Shown here piece after piece: positions 32,924-45,929 of a stretch of DNA of 64,000 bases. This stretch comes from Cyanophora paradoxa CCMP329 (lineage: Eukaryota; Plantae; Glaucophyta). The DNA lies in NCBI GenBank assembly GCA_004431415.1, contig QPMI01000482.1:248001-312000 (forward strand), given 5' to 3'. Position numbers and translations under genes: made by a program. Position 1 is the stretch's first letter. The number at the start of each line of letters is the position of its first letter. The notes below the pieces were generated by a model, which saw only the letters and a program-made list of their open reading frames with translations, searched no databases and had not been told where the DNA came from.

Positions 32924-35900
32924 ATGCAGCTGCTCGCGAGCCTACCGGCCGCGTCGGTGCTGTACCACGCCGTGGTCGCGCGCCTGACATACTTTCGGGT
33001 AACTGCCGGCTTCCACGCGCACTCTCCCGATCTGACACGCGCACGCGCAAGATACATCTGTTGATCTGGGTTTCTGCAACCCTCATTGGTGGCGCGATCC
33101 TGTGCGCGATGGAGGCAGGCAAAGACTTCGCCTACACGGACGGCCGTGCGCGCGAGCCCTCCCGCTTGGCCGCCGAACGTGGCGCGCTATCGAACAACTG
33201 CCTGCTTCACGCTCCGCTCGCTGTTGCGGGGCTGGGGAGGCTTGACAGCTGGACTGGGAAGCCGCCGGGCCGTCACCGCTCTAGCTGGAAGCTCCGCGGA
33301 GCTTCAGCGGCCGGACGGCTGACCCCGATCTCGTCTTTCGCAGTGTTCCAGATCGCTTCGGCGATAACGTGCACCGGGCTGACGTCCGTCGACTTCGCTA
33401 AACTGAACCGCGTCTCCCAAGTCTTCATCTGGTGCCGTCCTCGCGCGCGCGCGCAGGCCCCGCGCCCCGCGCCGCCCTCCCGCTCTGACTAACCGAGTTA
33501 ACGCCGCAGGATCATGGTGTTCCTCGGGGGTGCGCGCGGCCCAACCCCGGCACCGCCCGCAGCCCCGGGGACGAGCGGGTGGCGGGGCAGGGGCTGTGGT
33601 GGAGGTGTACGTGGTGCTGGTGCTGCGGCGGCGGGCCTTCCGGAAGCGGGGCCGCCTGATGCCCTTCCTCCGCGCCTTCGTCCAGGGGGAGGCCCAGATG
33701 CCCGAGCCGTGCGCCCCCACGAGGCCCCCCGCCCCGCCCCGCCTCGCCGCCCGCTCTGTCTCCCCCCTCTCTGACTCACTTGCACCGCCGGCGCTCGAGA
33801 GCAGGTCCCACCCGTGCGCGGCGCCCTCTCCGAGCCGCCCCATCCCCCCCGCGCGGCGCTCACCGGTACCCCCGCAGCCTCTTCATCGATCTGATCGAGT
33901 ACTCGGCGCTCGGCAAGCTGCAGACCATCGTCGGCTGGTACCTCGTCACCTTTCTCGTCCGCCCCCCCCCTTCCCCCCCCCCTCCCCTCCCCCTTGCGCA
34001 ACCGGACATGCCCCCTTTCAGACCGTACCCGTCTTCATCCTCTCCATGTACGCGAACCTGTACTCCAGCGTCCGCGAGCGGCTCGAGGGGCAGGGCATCA
34101 GCCCGACGTGGTACCCGCCGTGCCCCTGTCCGCGCACCGCCTGCCGGCTCTGAGGGGCCGCTGCGCCCTCAGGTTCGGCTTCTTCCACGGGCCGACAGCG
34201 TTTTTTAATGCTGGTTTTACATTAATGGCCGACAATCTCATCCAGTTCCAGGCGCCCGCCCTGCGCCCGCACCCTGCCTCCCGCCGCCCCCCTCTGAAAG
34301 TGATCCCCGCGCCCAGACCGACCGGCTCGTCCTGCTCATGGTATCCCTCTGCATCATCGCTGGAAACACGGCGTGCGCCCCCGCCCCGGCCCCGCCGGCC
34401 CTCCTCCCGCGGCCGGTTCGCGCCTGACGCGCCTCGCGCAGCTTCCCCGTCATCCTCCACTGGGCCGTTTCCCTCTGCTACAAGTACTCCCACGACAAGG
34501 TCCCCTACTACTACCTCCTCACGTGCCGCCCCCCCCCTTCGCCCGTCCCCGCTGCCGCTGCGTGGCCTCGAGCGGGGCGCGGGGCGCCCGGCAGGCACCC
34601 GCGGCACTGCACGACGCACCTCTTCCCGCGGGCGCAGACGAACTTTTTGCTCCTGCTCCTTCTCGCCACGAATGTTTCCCAGATGTGAGCCCGCAGCCCG
34701 CACCCCCCCGCCCCAAGCGGCGCTTCCCTCCAGCGCCGACGCACCCCCCCCCCCCCCCCCCCCCCTCCCCCCCAGGGTCTTCTTCCTGGCGCTGGACTAC
34801 AACCGCCCCGTCTTCGAGACCATGAGCGCCGCGGAGAGGGCGCGCGCCGCCCCTCCCCGCGTGAGACGCGCCTGCCCCGCTGATGCCGCTCCCCGCTCCC
34901 CGCAGTTCCTCGCCGCCTTCTTCCAGTCGGTCTCCACTCGGACCGCCGGCTTCAACGTCGTCGATCTTTGTACCCGGCGCCCCTTTCCGCCCCCTCGTCC
35001 CCGGCTTCTGACGCCGGCCCGCCCGCGCAGCTCTGCTCAGTCCGGCGATGTGGATCGGTGCGCAGTGCTGCCCAGACCGCTCTCGCCGTGCCAAACACCC
35101 TTACGCCGTACCCCCCTGCAGTGGACCTGCACATGATGTACCTCTCCGCGTACCCCTTCATGTGCACACCGCCGCCGCGCCCCGAATCGCGAGCGCGGGA
35201 CGAACGCGGGGGCGCGGCGCGGCAGCATCTCGCTGCGGCACTCGGGGGCCCAGCGCGACATCCTGGAGGCGAAGGAGCTCAAGGAGATCGAGGGAAGCGG
35301 CAGCGAGGCGCGCCCCGCAGCGTACCCCCCTCGGCTGTCCCTCAAGGCGCCCCCCGGGCCCCGCCCACGCCGGGCGCGCGCAGGGCGGGGAGGAGGAGGA
35401 GGAGGGGGACGGGGGCGGGCCCGGCTGGAGCGAGGAGGAGGGGAGCGCCGGCGCGGGGGTCCACGAGATCGACGAGGCGGACATCGACCTCGAGCTGGGG
35501 CCCAGGACCGGCGAGCGCCCCCAGCGGCGCCGGCGGAGGCGCAGGCGGCGCCGCGCCGAGCGGCCCGGCGAGCACCACCGGCAGCAGCGCCTCGTCTCGG
35601 AGGTCCCCCGCGCGCGCCCCCGCTGCCGTGCCCCCCCTCTCATCCTGGAGGGCGCGGGGCGCAGGAGGAGCCGCCGCACGCGCTCTCGGACGAGGAGCGG
35701 GGGCTTGCGAAGGCCGACCCCGCCCGTGACGTCGTCACCGTCTACCACAAGGTCCCCTCTGCCCTCGCCCTCTCTTCCAGCCAGCGACGGCCTCGCCCGC
35801 AGCCGCCGGGGGTGCAGCGGACGAACTCGATGCGGGCGATCATCTTCAACAAGGCGGCGAGCGCCGCCCAGGCCATCGCCCACCCGCAGGCGCGCCAGTC

Positions 35901-38391
35901 GGCCCCCCGCGCCCCTCTGCGCCCTCTCGGGAGCGCCGCACCTCTGAGCTCGAGGCAGGACCCCGAGGAGGTCGAGTCGCGGGCCGTCCTCACGCGCCAC
36001 CTCCAGTACATGGTCTCCCGCGACGTCCGTGCCCCCCTCCTCCCCCCCCTCCCCCCCTCCCCCCCCCCCCCCCCTCCCTCCCGCCCCTTCCGACGCGCAC
36101 CCCCCGCAGTTCGCCTGGATCTACCTCGCCATCCTAATCGTGCGCGGCGGGCCGGGCACGGAGACGGTGTCTGCCGGCGCTGAGGCGCGGGGCAGATCTG
36201 CATCTCGGAGGGGGACCGCCTGATCAGCGACCCCAAGTTCCCCGTGGTCAAAGTAATGTACGAGGTGGTCTCCGCGTACGGTCGGCCCCGCCCCGGGCCC
36301 GGCGTCCCGCCCCGCGAGCGCCCTGCCCCGCTCACGGGCTCGCAGGCACCGTCGGCCTCTCCCTGGGGCACCCCTCCACCCCCGCCTCGTGCTCCGCCGT
36401 CTACAGGTGCCACCCCCGTCTCCGGGGCGCGCCCCCGCCCCCGAGCCGGCGCTCCGCAGCACGGTCTCGAAGCTCGCCGTCATCTTCGTCATGATCCTCG
36501 GGAGGCACCGGTGCCCCCGGCGTCCCCGCCCGCACCCCCCGCGCGCCAGCCGGGCTGCTCACTGCGCATGCCCCTGCGCGGCTCCAGGGGCCTGCCGGAC
36601 TCGCTCGACCCCGCCGTCTCCGTGCTGGGGACCACGGCGACGCGCCTCGCCAAGTTCGAGGCGCGCCCCGCCCGCCCGCCCCGCCCGCGCGCCCGCCGGC
36701 GAGGCCGCGCCCCGCTTAGAGCCTTTTCCTCAGGAGGGGTCGGGGCGCGGGGGCGAAGAGGGCTCGGGGGCCCCGGCTCCCCCCAGCCCGCGTCGCCCCT
36801 GCAGAACGGCCGCTCCACGCCCATCGTACCGGAGGAGGCGGGCACGGGCGCCGAGCAGGAGGCGGCCCGCCCTCGGCCGCCGGCGCCATGGCCTCGCGCC
36901 CCGGCTGGAGCCGCCCCGAGCTGCGGTGAGCGCCGCCTTGCCCCTCCCTTGCCTGCGCGGCGCTCGCGGGGCCGAGCGCCGGCAGGCAATCGTTCAGGCG
37001 GACGATCCTGGGCTCCTTCAAGGGCCTCGTCGCGGGCCCCGGCGGGGGCGCCGAGCCCCCGCCCCGCCGCGACGACCCCGCCCCCCGCCCGGTACCCCCC
37101 CCCCCCCCCCCCCCCCCCCTGTTTCCTCCCCAGGGCTCAGCGGGCGCACCCGCCGGCGGCCCCGCAGGGCCCTACCCCTCCCCAGTCCGGCCCCAGCGTC
37201 CTGGAGCGCTCCCTGCACGCCGCGAACCAGTGCGCCTGTCTTGTGGCACGCCCCTCGCCAGGCGGCCCTGCCCATCTCCTGTTTTGCCGCAGGATCCTGC
37301 CGCGGCTGCTGAAGCGGCGGGGCTCGCTGCTGGTTCGGCCCGCGGTGCCCCTCGCCAGCCGGAACGAGCCGCACGGCCACTTCAACTTCGGTGCCCCCGC
37401 GCCCGGGCTCCGCTTCGCCGCCGGGCTCACTGAGTCGCGGGGCGGCAGACGAGGCGTGCCGAGCGGCCCGGAGGTCGCTGGACATGGCCGGCCCGGCCCG
37501 GCCCCAGCAGCCGGGGCATGAGCCGCAGAGCCCGCCGATGCGCGCCGCGCCGGCCCCGCCCCTCTCCCCCGTGCCGGGCTCGCCCGAGCTGCTGGGCGCC
37601 GCGTCGCCCCCGCAAGAGGACCGAGCGCTCCGCTCCCCGCCCTCGAGCGGCATGCAGCACGCGATGCGCACGCTCCCGCGCTCGGGCTCGTCGATGAACA
37701 GGGTACACGTGCATGCCCTGCCAGCCTCGGGCGGCCGCGCTGATCGAGGGCCCGGGGCCCGGGGGCGCAGGGACACGCGGGGCGCCGGGCGTCGATGGAG
37801 GCGTTCATGCTGCAGGAGCTGACGCACGGGCACGCCGGCGGGCACCGCGGGCAGCTGGCGTCGCCGGGCACGCACCTTCAGCTGGCGGCCTCCCCCGGGC
37901 TCTCCCCGCCGCCCTTTCGCGTCCAGCGCGAGCGCCTCGCGGCCAACGACACGGCCCCGAGCCGGCGGCAGGCGCCGCGCCTCCCCCGCGTGCGTGCCCC
38001 CCTCCCGCCTCGAGCAGGCGACCCTGCGCTCACTCGGTGCCAGTCCTCGACGATGCCGAACCGGCGGGCAGCGCCGGCGCCAGCAACGCCCCCGACCTTC
38101 GCGCCGCCGGGGCCGTCTCCCGCGACGCCCCCGGGGGCTTCCGACGGGCCCCCCGCGCTGGTGCGACGCACTGCGGCATGCCTTTTTGGCACCGCCGCAC
38201 CCGTGATCGTTGCTCGCGATCGGCGCCGGCAGGAGCTGGAGGCCGCTGTGGAGCCGGAGCTGCCCCCGCGGGGGGCGCGCTCGGAACGGGGACTGGACAC
38301 CGTCGACGAGGGGCGCGAAGGCGCGACCCCCGCGCCCCAGCCGCCAGCCGCCGCCGCCGGCCATGAGAGTGCACAAGCAACGGGCAGTTAG
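32924..38391 (+). CDS. Trk/HKT/Ktr-family cation (K+) transporter with long low-complexity C-tail
   Basis: Four MPM pore motifs: SAITCTGL, AFFNAGF, QSVSTRTAGFNVVDL, YEVVSAYGTVGLSLG. Also IEYSALGKL, HPRHCTTHLFP, MMYLSAYP and MILGRHRGLPDSLDPAV. All four filter glycines are present, as expected for K+ selectivity. The core ends at ~36660; the 3' end is uncertain. Confidence 0.88.
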
Positions 38392-38877
38392 CGCGCCAGT
38401 CAACTTTTTGAAAGGGATCATCGGATACTCGCAATTTGTTGCACTGCGGCAACGCCGTGACGATCGCAGAGCAGAAGGGCGCGGTGCCAGGTCCGCAGTA
38501 GTCCGGTACGAGCGCTAGCCTACCGGTGCCCATTCAAATTTGATCTCGCTTCGAATTCGACAGTCATCAGCCATGATCGATAGCGATCCCAGCGCCGCGG
38601 CGAGAGGCGGGGCGCGTCATCGACTCTGCTGGTTGACGGGCTTTTGTAGCTGCAGATCTAGAGAGCACAGAAGAGGAAACGAGAGCGAAGCGACACAGAT
38701 GATTGCCGCATAACCGCCTGTACCCTCTTAGTGCATAGAAAAGCGAGCTAGGTGCGTCCTTGCGGCGCTTCCCTGGCCTTTCCGCCACTGTTATAACCCA
38801 TCAGAGGCGCATGCCATCCATCGCCCGCGTCCCAAAGCCCCCGCCGCGCTGAGTCGTCGGTCTGTCACAGGCGTGGG

Positions 38878-41562
38878 ATGGCGTTCATCGGCTCTGCCCC
38901 GGTGTCAAACACCGCGTCGCGTCGGGATGCTTCGGCCGCCCTGCGCGCTGGTTCTCCGATTCTGTGTGCATCCGCCCCGGCGGCCGGCAACCGGCGCCGC
39001 CGCGGTACGCCGTTCCGTTCCAGAACCCACGCATTACTGTACGTCGCCCTCATACTTGATTCTGTTCTGCAGAGACCCTCCAGCGGTCGTTCCTGCCGAG
39101 CTTCGAGAGCTCCTCGGCCCGCTCTGCGTTCCTGCGCGGCGAGGTGGAGTTCCTGTCGGCGCAGCAGCCCAGCCAGCTCCCTAGTTTCGCGCAGCCAGCC
39201 CAGCCGGTGCAGGCTGTCGCCGCGCCGTCGGCCTCTTCGGGTGAGCATTGTGCCGCTGCGTCGCACGTGCATAGCAGGGCCAGTCATTGAGAGACGGCGG
39301 CGACAACGTGACAGAGGTTTTTCGTCTCCTTCTTACCTTGTTTTCTCCGTGCAGCCACCACTAGCTCCTCCGGCCGGAAGAAGCAGCGCATTGTTGTTCT
39401 TGGTACCGGCTGGGCGGCGCTGCCGTTTGTGAAGGCCATCGATGACAGCTTGTACGAGGTCGTCATGGTTTCTCCCCGTAACTAGTGAGTTTTGATGACC
39501 TTTTTGTTTTCTGTGCTGCTCGAATTAACATGTTCGCCAGCTTCGTCTTCACTCCCCTTCTCGCCGGCACCTGCGTCGGCACCCTCGACTTCCGCAGGTA
39601 CCAGCGCTTCTTCCTGTTACGGAATGGCGCTCCGTAGCGCCCTAACCCTCCTCTCCGCAGCATCATCGAGCCGATCCGCGCGTACAAGCAGAAGGTCAAG
39701 TATTACGAGGCAGCCTGCACGTCGATCAACTTCGAGAGGAAGGTCATCTACTGCACGAACGAGCGCCAGCAGCACTGCTTCGCCCTCGACTATGACAAGG
39801 TGCCCCTGCCCCCGCTGGAGTCGGTCCAATCTGACGCCGGCCGGCAGCTCGTCGTCGCGGTCGGTGTGACTACGTCGACTTTCGGCACGCCCGGCGTTGA
39901 GGAGCACACTCTGTACCTCAAGGAGGTCTCCCACGCCCAGGTCCGCCGCGCCGCGCTCCGTGCCCGTTGCCGCAGCAGCGGCCGAGCGCCCCGCAGGCCA
40001 TCCGCCAGCGCATCATCGAGTGCTTCGAGTCGGCCAGCTTCCCTGGCGTGACCGAGGAGGACCGCCTTCGCGCCCTCCACTTCATCATCGTCGGCGGTGG
40101 CCCGACTGGCGTCGAGTTTGCGGGTGCGGCGTGCTCGCCTCCTCTTCCTTTTGCGCTCGCTCAACTGCGGACGCTCGCGACGTGCAGCCGAGCTCTACGA
40201 TTTCGTGAACGAGGACGTCCGTCGCCTCTTCCCCGACCTCGTCAAGGTCCGCTGGATTCCGATGCGCGCCGCGCCGCCGCTCACGCGCACGCCGGCGCGC
40301 AGGACGTCAAGATCACGCTCCTGCAGTCCGGCAAGAAGCTGCTGACGCAGTTCGACGACAGCCTCGTGCGGCCGCCCGCCCGCCCCTCCCCCTCTCTCGC
40401 GCGCCCCTTGGCGAGCGCGCGGCGCGCAGGGCGACTACGCCCTCAAGAACTTCAAGCGCCAGGGCATCGACGTCCGCACGGGCGCCCGCGTCGTCAAGGT
40501 CGGCCCCCCGGCCCCGCGCGGCTGGCCCCCGACGGGGGATTCAAAACCGTGCGCGCAGGTGACGGAGCGGGAGGTGTTCATGAACAACGGGGAGGTGATC
40601 CCGTACGGGATGGTCGTCTGGTCGGCTGGCAACGGCCCCCGCGACCTCGTCCGCGAGCTCATCCAGGGCATCGGCACCAAGCTCAAGAAGGAGGGTCCGC
40701 CCCCCTCCCGCCCGCCCCCGCACCGCCTCCGCACCGCCTCAGCGCCGCTGCGCGCTCGCAGGCCTGCTCGGCAAGGGCACCTCGGTCTCGGGCTCGGGCG
40801 GCGTGCTCGAGGGCGCCCGCCTGATCACGGACGCGTCCCTCAAGGTCAAGGTCAGCGGGAGATGCCGCCTTGCCTTGCGCAGAATCTCCTTTTGATCGAT
40901 GCGGGCCTCAGTTCGTGGACGACATCTACGCTCTGGGCGACTGCTGCGTGCAGGAGGACCTCGCCCTCCCGCCCACGGCCCAGGTCGCCCAGCAGCAGGG
41001 CATCTTCCTCGCCAAGGAGTTCAACCGCGCCGCGCGCTCCGGCGAGCCGATCCAGAAGCCGTTCAAGTACATGCACCTGGGCACGCTGGCGTACGTCGGG
41101 TCGAACAAGGCGCTGGCGGACCAGCCGCTCGGCACGCCCATCTACCTCAAGGGCGCCCTCACCTGGCTCTTCTGGCGCTCCGTCTACATGGCCAAGCTCT
41201 TCTCCATGAAGTCCCGCTTCATGGTGCCCCCCTCTCCCCGTGCTTCTTCCTCCTCTTCTCCTTATCCTGACCTTCGTCGCCTCCTTCCTTCAGGTCGGCA
41301 TCGACTGGATGCGGACAGCCGTCTTCGGTCGCGACGTCTCCGGCATCATGGGCGACGGTACCCCCCTTGATTTCCTCCCTGGCGACGTCCTCCCCCTCTG
41401 CGCCGTCCGACGGGCCGCCGCGCGCCCCGCGCAGCGTACGACGTGACCAAGCGCTCGCGGATACTGCTCTCGGACGAGACCCTCTCGTCGGCGGCGCGCA
41501 CCGCTGCGGAGATGGAGTCGGTCAAGAAGGCTATCTCCGGCGTCGACAACGAGGAGGCGTAA
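38878..41562 (+). CDS. Type II (alternative) NAD(P)H:quinone oxidoreductase with N-terminal transit peptide
   Basis: [14 protein letters not shown]...[31 protein letters not shown]...[20 protein letters not shown]...[22 protein letters not shown]...IYALGDC...[11 protein letters not shown]...[14 protein letters not shown]...WRSVY...[14 protein letters not shown] at 41560-41562. Confidence 0.95.
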
Positions 41563-42444
41563 CGGGCGCCGTCTCTGCGGGGAGGGCCTCGCGCCACCTG
41601 TACTGTTTCTCTCATCCTGTCTTGTCTGGCCTGGGGCGGGGCGGGGCTTCCATATCTCCAGTGTGCAATGAGGGCCTGGGCTCGACCATTCATTCTTTTT
41701 CCATCGGGCACTTTTGGTGAGCTAGCGCACCCGTCTGCGCTAGATGCGCTCTTGCCGGCCCGCGGCTGGCGGAGCATTTCGTGAGTGTTGTATCCTGTAG
41801 CGATTTCACAGTTTAGAGTCCTCATGTAATTTTGTCGTATAATGATCATTCGGGTTTTCATAAACACCGCGCATGCGCATGCAGCTGCTCGCAATCGAGA
41901 TCACGGGCCGGCGGGGTTTGTGGAAAGCTTGCTTGCGTGCGTACGCGTGCTGGCGTTCCCAGCTTCACTAGTACTGGCAACCAGCCCGACGCATCCGCCC
42001 TTTGCAGCCACGAGCGAAGCTGAGTGAGCTCGAGGTTTCAAATACAGGTATTTAGTATGCATCAGCTGGTCCACGTGCATCATGCACGGCTTCAAGCAAA
42101 GACTACAAGAAGGAACCAAATGAGGCAAGGGGAGCCCCGGCAGGAGGGGGCGACAGGGGTAGACGAGACTCTTTCGAAGAAGGGAAGCAGAAAGAAGGAA
42201 ACCGGAAGGGGCTGGCGGGAAGGTGCGCTGGGAAGAGTTGTGCAAGGCGGAGCGAGCCGGCCGCCTAAGCTATGCACTGGCCGGTGCAGTCCGCGAGCGG
42301 GGATGGAGCGCTCGCCTCCTAGAGAGAAAGAGAAGGCAACGAGCTTACGGAGATGAAGAGGGTCGGAGGGGCGAAGTGGCCACAGGGACCGGGACACTCT
42401 ACATTAAGGAGGGCAGGGGAACGAGAGTGCTGCGGAAGGGAGTG

Positions 42445-43284
42445 CTATTGAACCTCCATCGCTGCTGCGCCCATTTCGATGTCGATTGGGGAGTGTGATG
42501 ATCCGACGCCACTAAGGGCCGAGCTGCCGTGGGCCGGAGGCGGCGTACTCATCATGTCGCTCGACGGCGCGTCGCTCCACTCGATTGGGAAGCGTGTGAC
42601 GCGGGGCTTGTCAGAGAGGATGTTGCGGACGAGTTTGGAAACGTCCGGCGTCTGCGGAGGGTTCTCCTTGAGCTCCGGGTCGGAGTACTACAGGTGAAGT
42701 GTGGTCAGCAAGGCGCGTGCGGGGCGGCGCGCTCGTCCGCTTGCGCACCTCGACGTTGAGGTAGTAGCCCACGCGAACGAACTCCTTCTCGCGGTACGAG
42801 CAGGTTACGAGGATTGCCGTCACACCGAGCAAGTCGCGCTCAGGAATCTTGCCCCAGTCCGGCGCGTCGGCCTGCGCGATGTGGCGTTAGAGAGGAAGGC
42901 GAGCCCTCACATTTGCCGCGTAATGAGATACACATCGCTGACATCCAAATTCAAACGGCGCGGCCGATCAGCGCACCTGGAATACGAATTTGTGGACGCC
43001 AGGGGTCACAGGCCCGACCATAACCGAGTCAAGGACCTGGTCGTACTGCTCATCCTCTGCCGAGCCGATGTAGGTGATCTTCCATTCCAAGTCTGCGCGG
43101 GGCGGGCGAGAGCGTTCACTTCAGCGCTCCGCAGCGCTCGGGCGGGCAGCGCGCTGGCTGCGGAACGGTGCGGACCGTCGGGAAGCTCCCGCAGGCACTC
43201 GTAGCAGATTTCAAATTGGTACGGGTTGAGGAAGGTCGTCGGGTTGTCGAGAACGTCGACCTTGAGCAGATTGACGCATGCCAT
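42445..43284 (-). CDS. ASF1: Histone H3-H4 chaperone ASF1
   Basis: [46 protein letters not shown]...[53 protein letters not shown]...[16 protein letters not shown]. Confidence 0.97.
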
Positions 43285-43434
43285 GGCTGCTTGGTCTCGC
43301 TGCGGCTGCTAGAGCGGTCTTGCGGTGTCGTCGGCGGAGGAACGAGCAAAGCTTTGAAACTGTGACCGCGTACCCCCGCGCAAACTAGCCGGACCTGTCT
43401 GTACCCGGGTGTGTGTCCTTATCAGGGGGCCGAG
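43285..43434. promoter_or_regulatory. Putative bidirectional promoter ASF1/MAPKK (150 bp between ATGs)
   Basis: Head-to-head ATGs at 43284(-) and 43435(+), with two GTACCC motifs (43370, 43401). Confidence 0.6.
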
Positions 43435-45929
43435 ATGGCGGATCCGCCCCCGAAGACGAAGAAGAAGCCTGCGCTGGATATCGAAGGTGCGGTGCTCCGA
43501 CCGCATGTGGCAAATCATATCCCCAAATCAGCTCCTAACGCGCTCGCCGCTCAGTCGCACCGGAGGAAAGGGATTTCACAGTGTGAGTCTGTCCGTAACG
43601 CCGGCCCCAACGCCAGCCGCACTTACCGCGCTCATACGCCAGAACTGCAAGCGGCACGTTTCGGGAAGGTGACCTGCAGATCAACCGCGATGGAATCGTT
43701 ATTGCGGGGCGAAGGTGCGTAATCGCCTACGACCCGGCCCTCGCTCAGCGAGCGAGGCACTCATCGCACCCGCCATCCGCGCAGCGAGGCCAGCGCATCG
43801 TCGAGCACGGGCTCCGTGCGTCCGGAGGCTTGTGAATGAAAGCTATTCTTCTTCGACATAATGAGCGCTGCGCCCGCCCTCCGCGCAGGAGCACGAGGAC
43901 GAGGTCCCGCTGGTTGGCTTGAAGCTCGACGAGATCCAGTTGCTCGAGGTCATCGGCCAGGGCGCCAGCGGCGCGGTTCACCGCGCGCGGCACAAGCCGA
44001 GCGGGCGCATGCTTGCAATAAAGGTTGACCCCGCCGTGCCGTCACTCGCGGCGGCGCCGGTTTCGTTGACCGCGCCGCGCAGATCGTGCCTTTAAACGTG
44101 GTGGAGGAGAAGGTCAGGAAGCAGATCCTGCAGGAGCTCAAGACGCACCACGAAGCCCAGGCGAGCGAGCGAGCCAGCGACCGGCGCCCCACGCCCCGCG
44201 CCGCGCCCCCTCCGAGCTCTCCCCTCCCGCCCGCCCGCGCGCAGAGCAAGCACATAGTACTCTTCCACGACGCCTTCTACTCGGAGGGGAACATCTACAT
44301 CGCGCTGGAGTACATGGACGGGTACAGCCTCCTCGAGGTCGTCAAGGCCGTCGGCACCCTCCCGGAGGTCATCATCGCCAAGATCGCCACGCAGGTGCCG
44401 GCGGTCGCGCCCTGCCTTTCCCCGCCCCTTCCCTGCCCCCCGCGCTGCGCCCTCGCGCACCCCCCGACGCGCCACCGGGGCACAGGTGCTGAAGGGGCTG
44501 GCGTACCTCCACAAGGACAAGCACCTGATCCACAGGTGCGGGGGGCACGCCGCGGAACGCCCGTCGCTGCTTGACGCGCGCCTCGCCAGGGACATCAAGC
44601 CCAGCAACCTGCTGCTCAACTCGCGGGGCCAGGTCAAGGTCGGCGGGGAGGGCCCCCGCCGCCCTCGCCGGGCGGGCGCGGGGCGGCTGACGCCTGCCTC
44701 GTGGGGCGGGGCGTGCAGATCGCGGACTTCGGGGTGTGCGGGCAGCTGGCGAGCTCGCTGAGCACGGAGAAGTGCGCCTCCTGGGTCGGCACCGTCTGCT
44801 ACATGTCGGTCCGCCCCCCCGCGCCAGCCAGCTCCGCCCCGCCGCTCGCCGCCCCCCGCCTCCCGCCCCGCCTCCCCCAGCTGACGCCCCGCGCGCGCCC
44901 CGAAGCCCGAGCGCATCAGCGGGAGCCCGTACGGGTCCGTCGGAGCCCCCGCGCCCCGCCCGCTCCCCTCCCCTCCGCACTGAGCCCAGGCCTCCAGCTA
45001 CGACACGGACATATGGAGCGTCGGCCTCACCGCCCTCGAGCTCGCCCAGGGCCGCTTCCCCTACCCCCCGCCCGGTTCGCCCTCCCGCCGCCCTCCGCAC
45101 GCCGCCGGCGCGCAACCGGCGCTGACTCGCGCCTCTCCCGCAGGGGAGACGATCCGGGCGCTTGGCTTCTGGGAGCTCATGGAGTACATCGTCACGCGCC
45201 CGCCCCCGGTTCCCCCCTCCCCCCTCCCTCCCTCCTCCTCCCCCCCCCTCTTCCCCTCCCCCCGCCACCCCTCGGCTTTCCCGACGAACCCGAAGGCGCC
45301 TCCGGCTCCGAGCGCCCGCCATCAACCCGCCTTGCGGCCGATGGCTGGCGGGCAATGGCTGATGGCGCACCCCCGCGCAGGTCCTCCCCGCCGACAAGTT
45401 CTCGCGCGAGTTCTGCGACTTCGTCAGCGCGTGGTACCCCCTCGCCTCCCCCGCCGGCAGCCCCCCCCCCCCCCCTGAAGGCGGGGCGCAGCCTGAAGAA
45501 GGACCTCTCGGAGCGCCCGACCGCCTCGGAGCTGCTGGTGCGCGCGTCTCCCTGCCCACGCTCCCCCCCGCCCCGTTCCTCTCCCTCCCTCCAGACGGCC
45601 CCGCTCCCCCGCCCTGCCGCCGCGGCCGGCTGCTCACCAAAGACGGGACGCGGCAGGTGCACCCGTTCATCACGAAGTACGCGTTCGAGGACATCGACAT
45701 GGCCGACTGGGTCCGCCGCGCCATCGCCCGCGTCAAGGCCAAGGTGCCCCCGCCCCGCGCCCTCCCCCCCCCCGCAACCAGCCACAGCGCGCCCGCGCGG
45801 GGGCCGGCGGCCGGCTCACGCGGGGCGGGCGGCGGCAGATGCACCCGGGGCGGGGGGCGCGGGGGCGCTGAGCCAGTCGACGGAGATGCTGGACGCCCTC
45901 TCCCTCTCCCCGGGGCCGGCCCCCGCTGA
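43435..45929 (+). CDS. MAP kinase kinase (STE7 family), plant group-A (MKK1/2/6)-like
   Basis: D-site KKKPALDI; [18 protein letters not shown]; IGQGASGAV; LEYMDGYSL; [12 protein letters not shown]; activation loop [31 protein letters not shown]; [17 protein letters not shown]; [13 protein letters not shown]. The last exon is uncertain. Confidence 0.92.
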
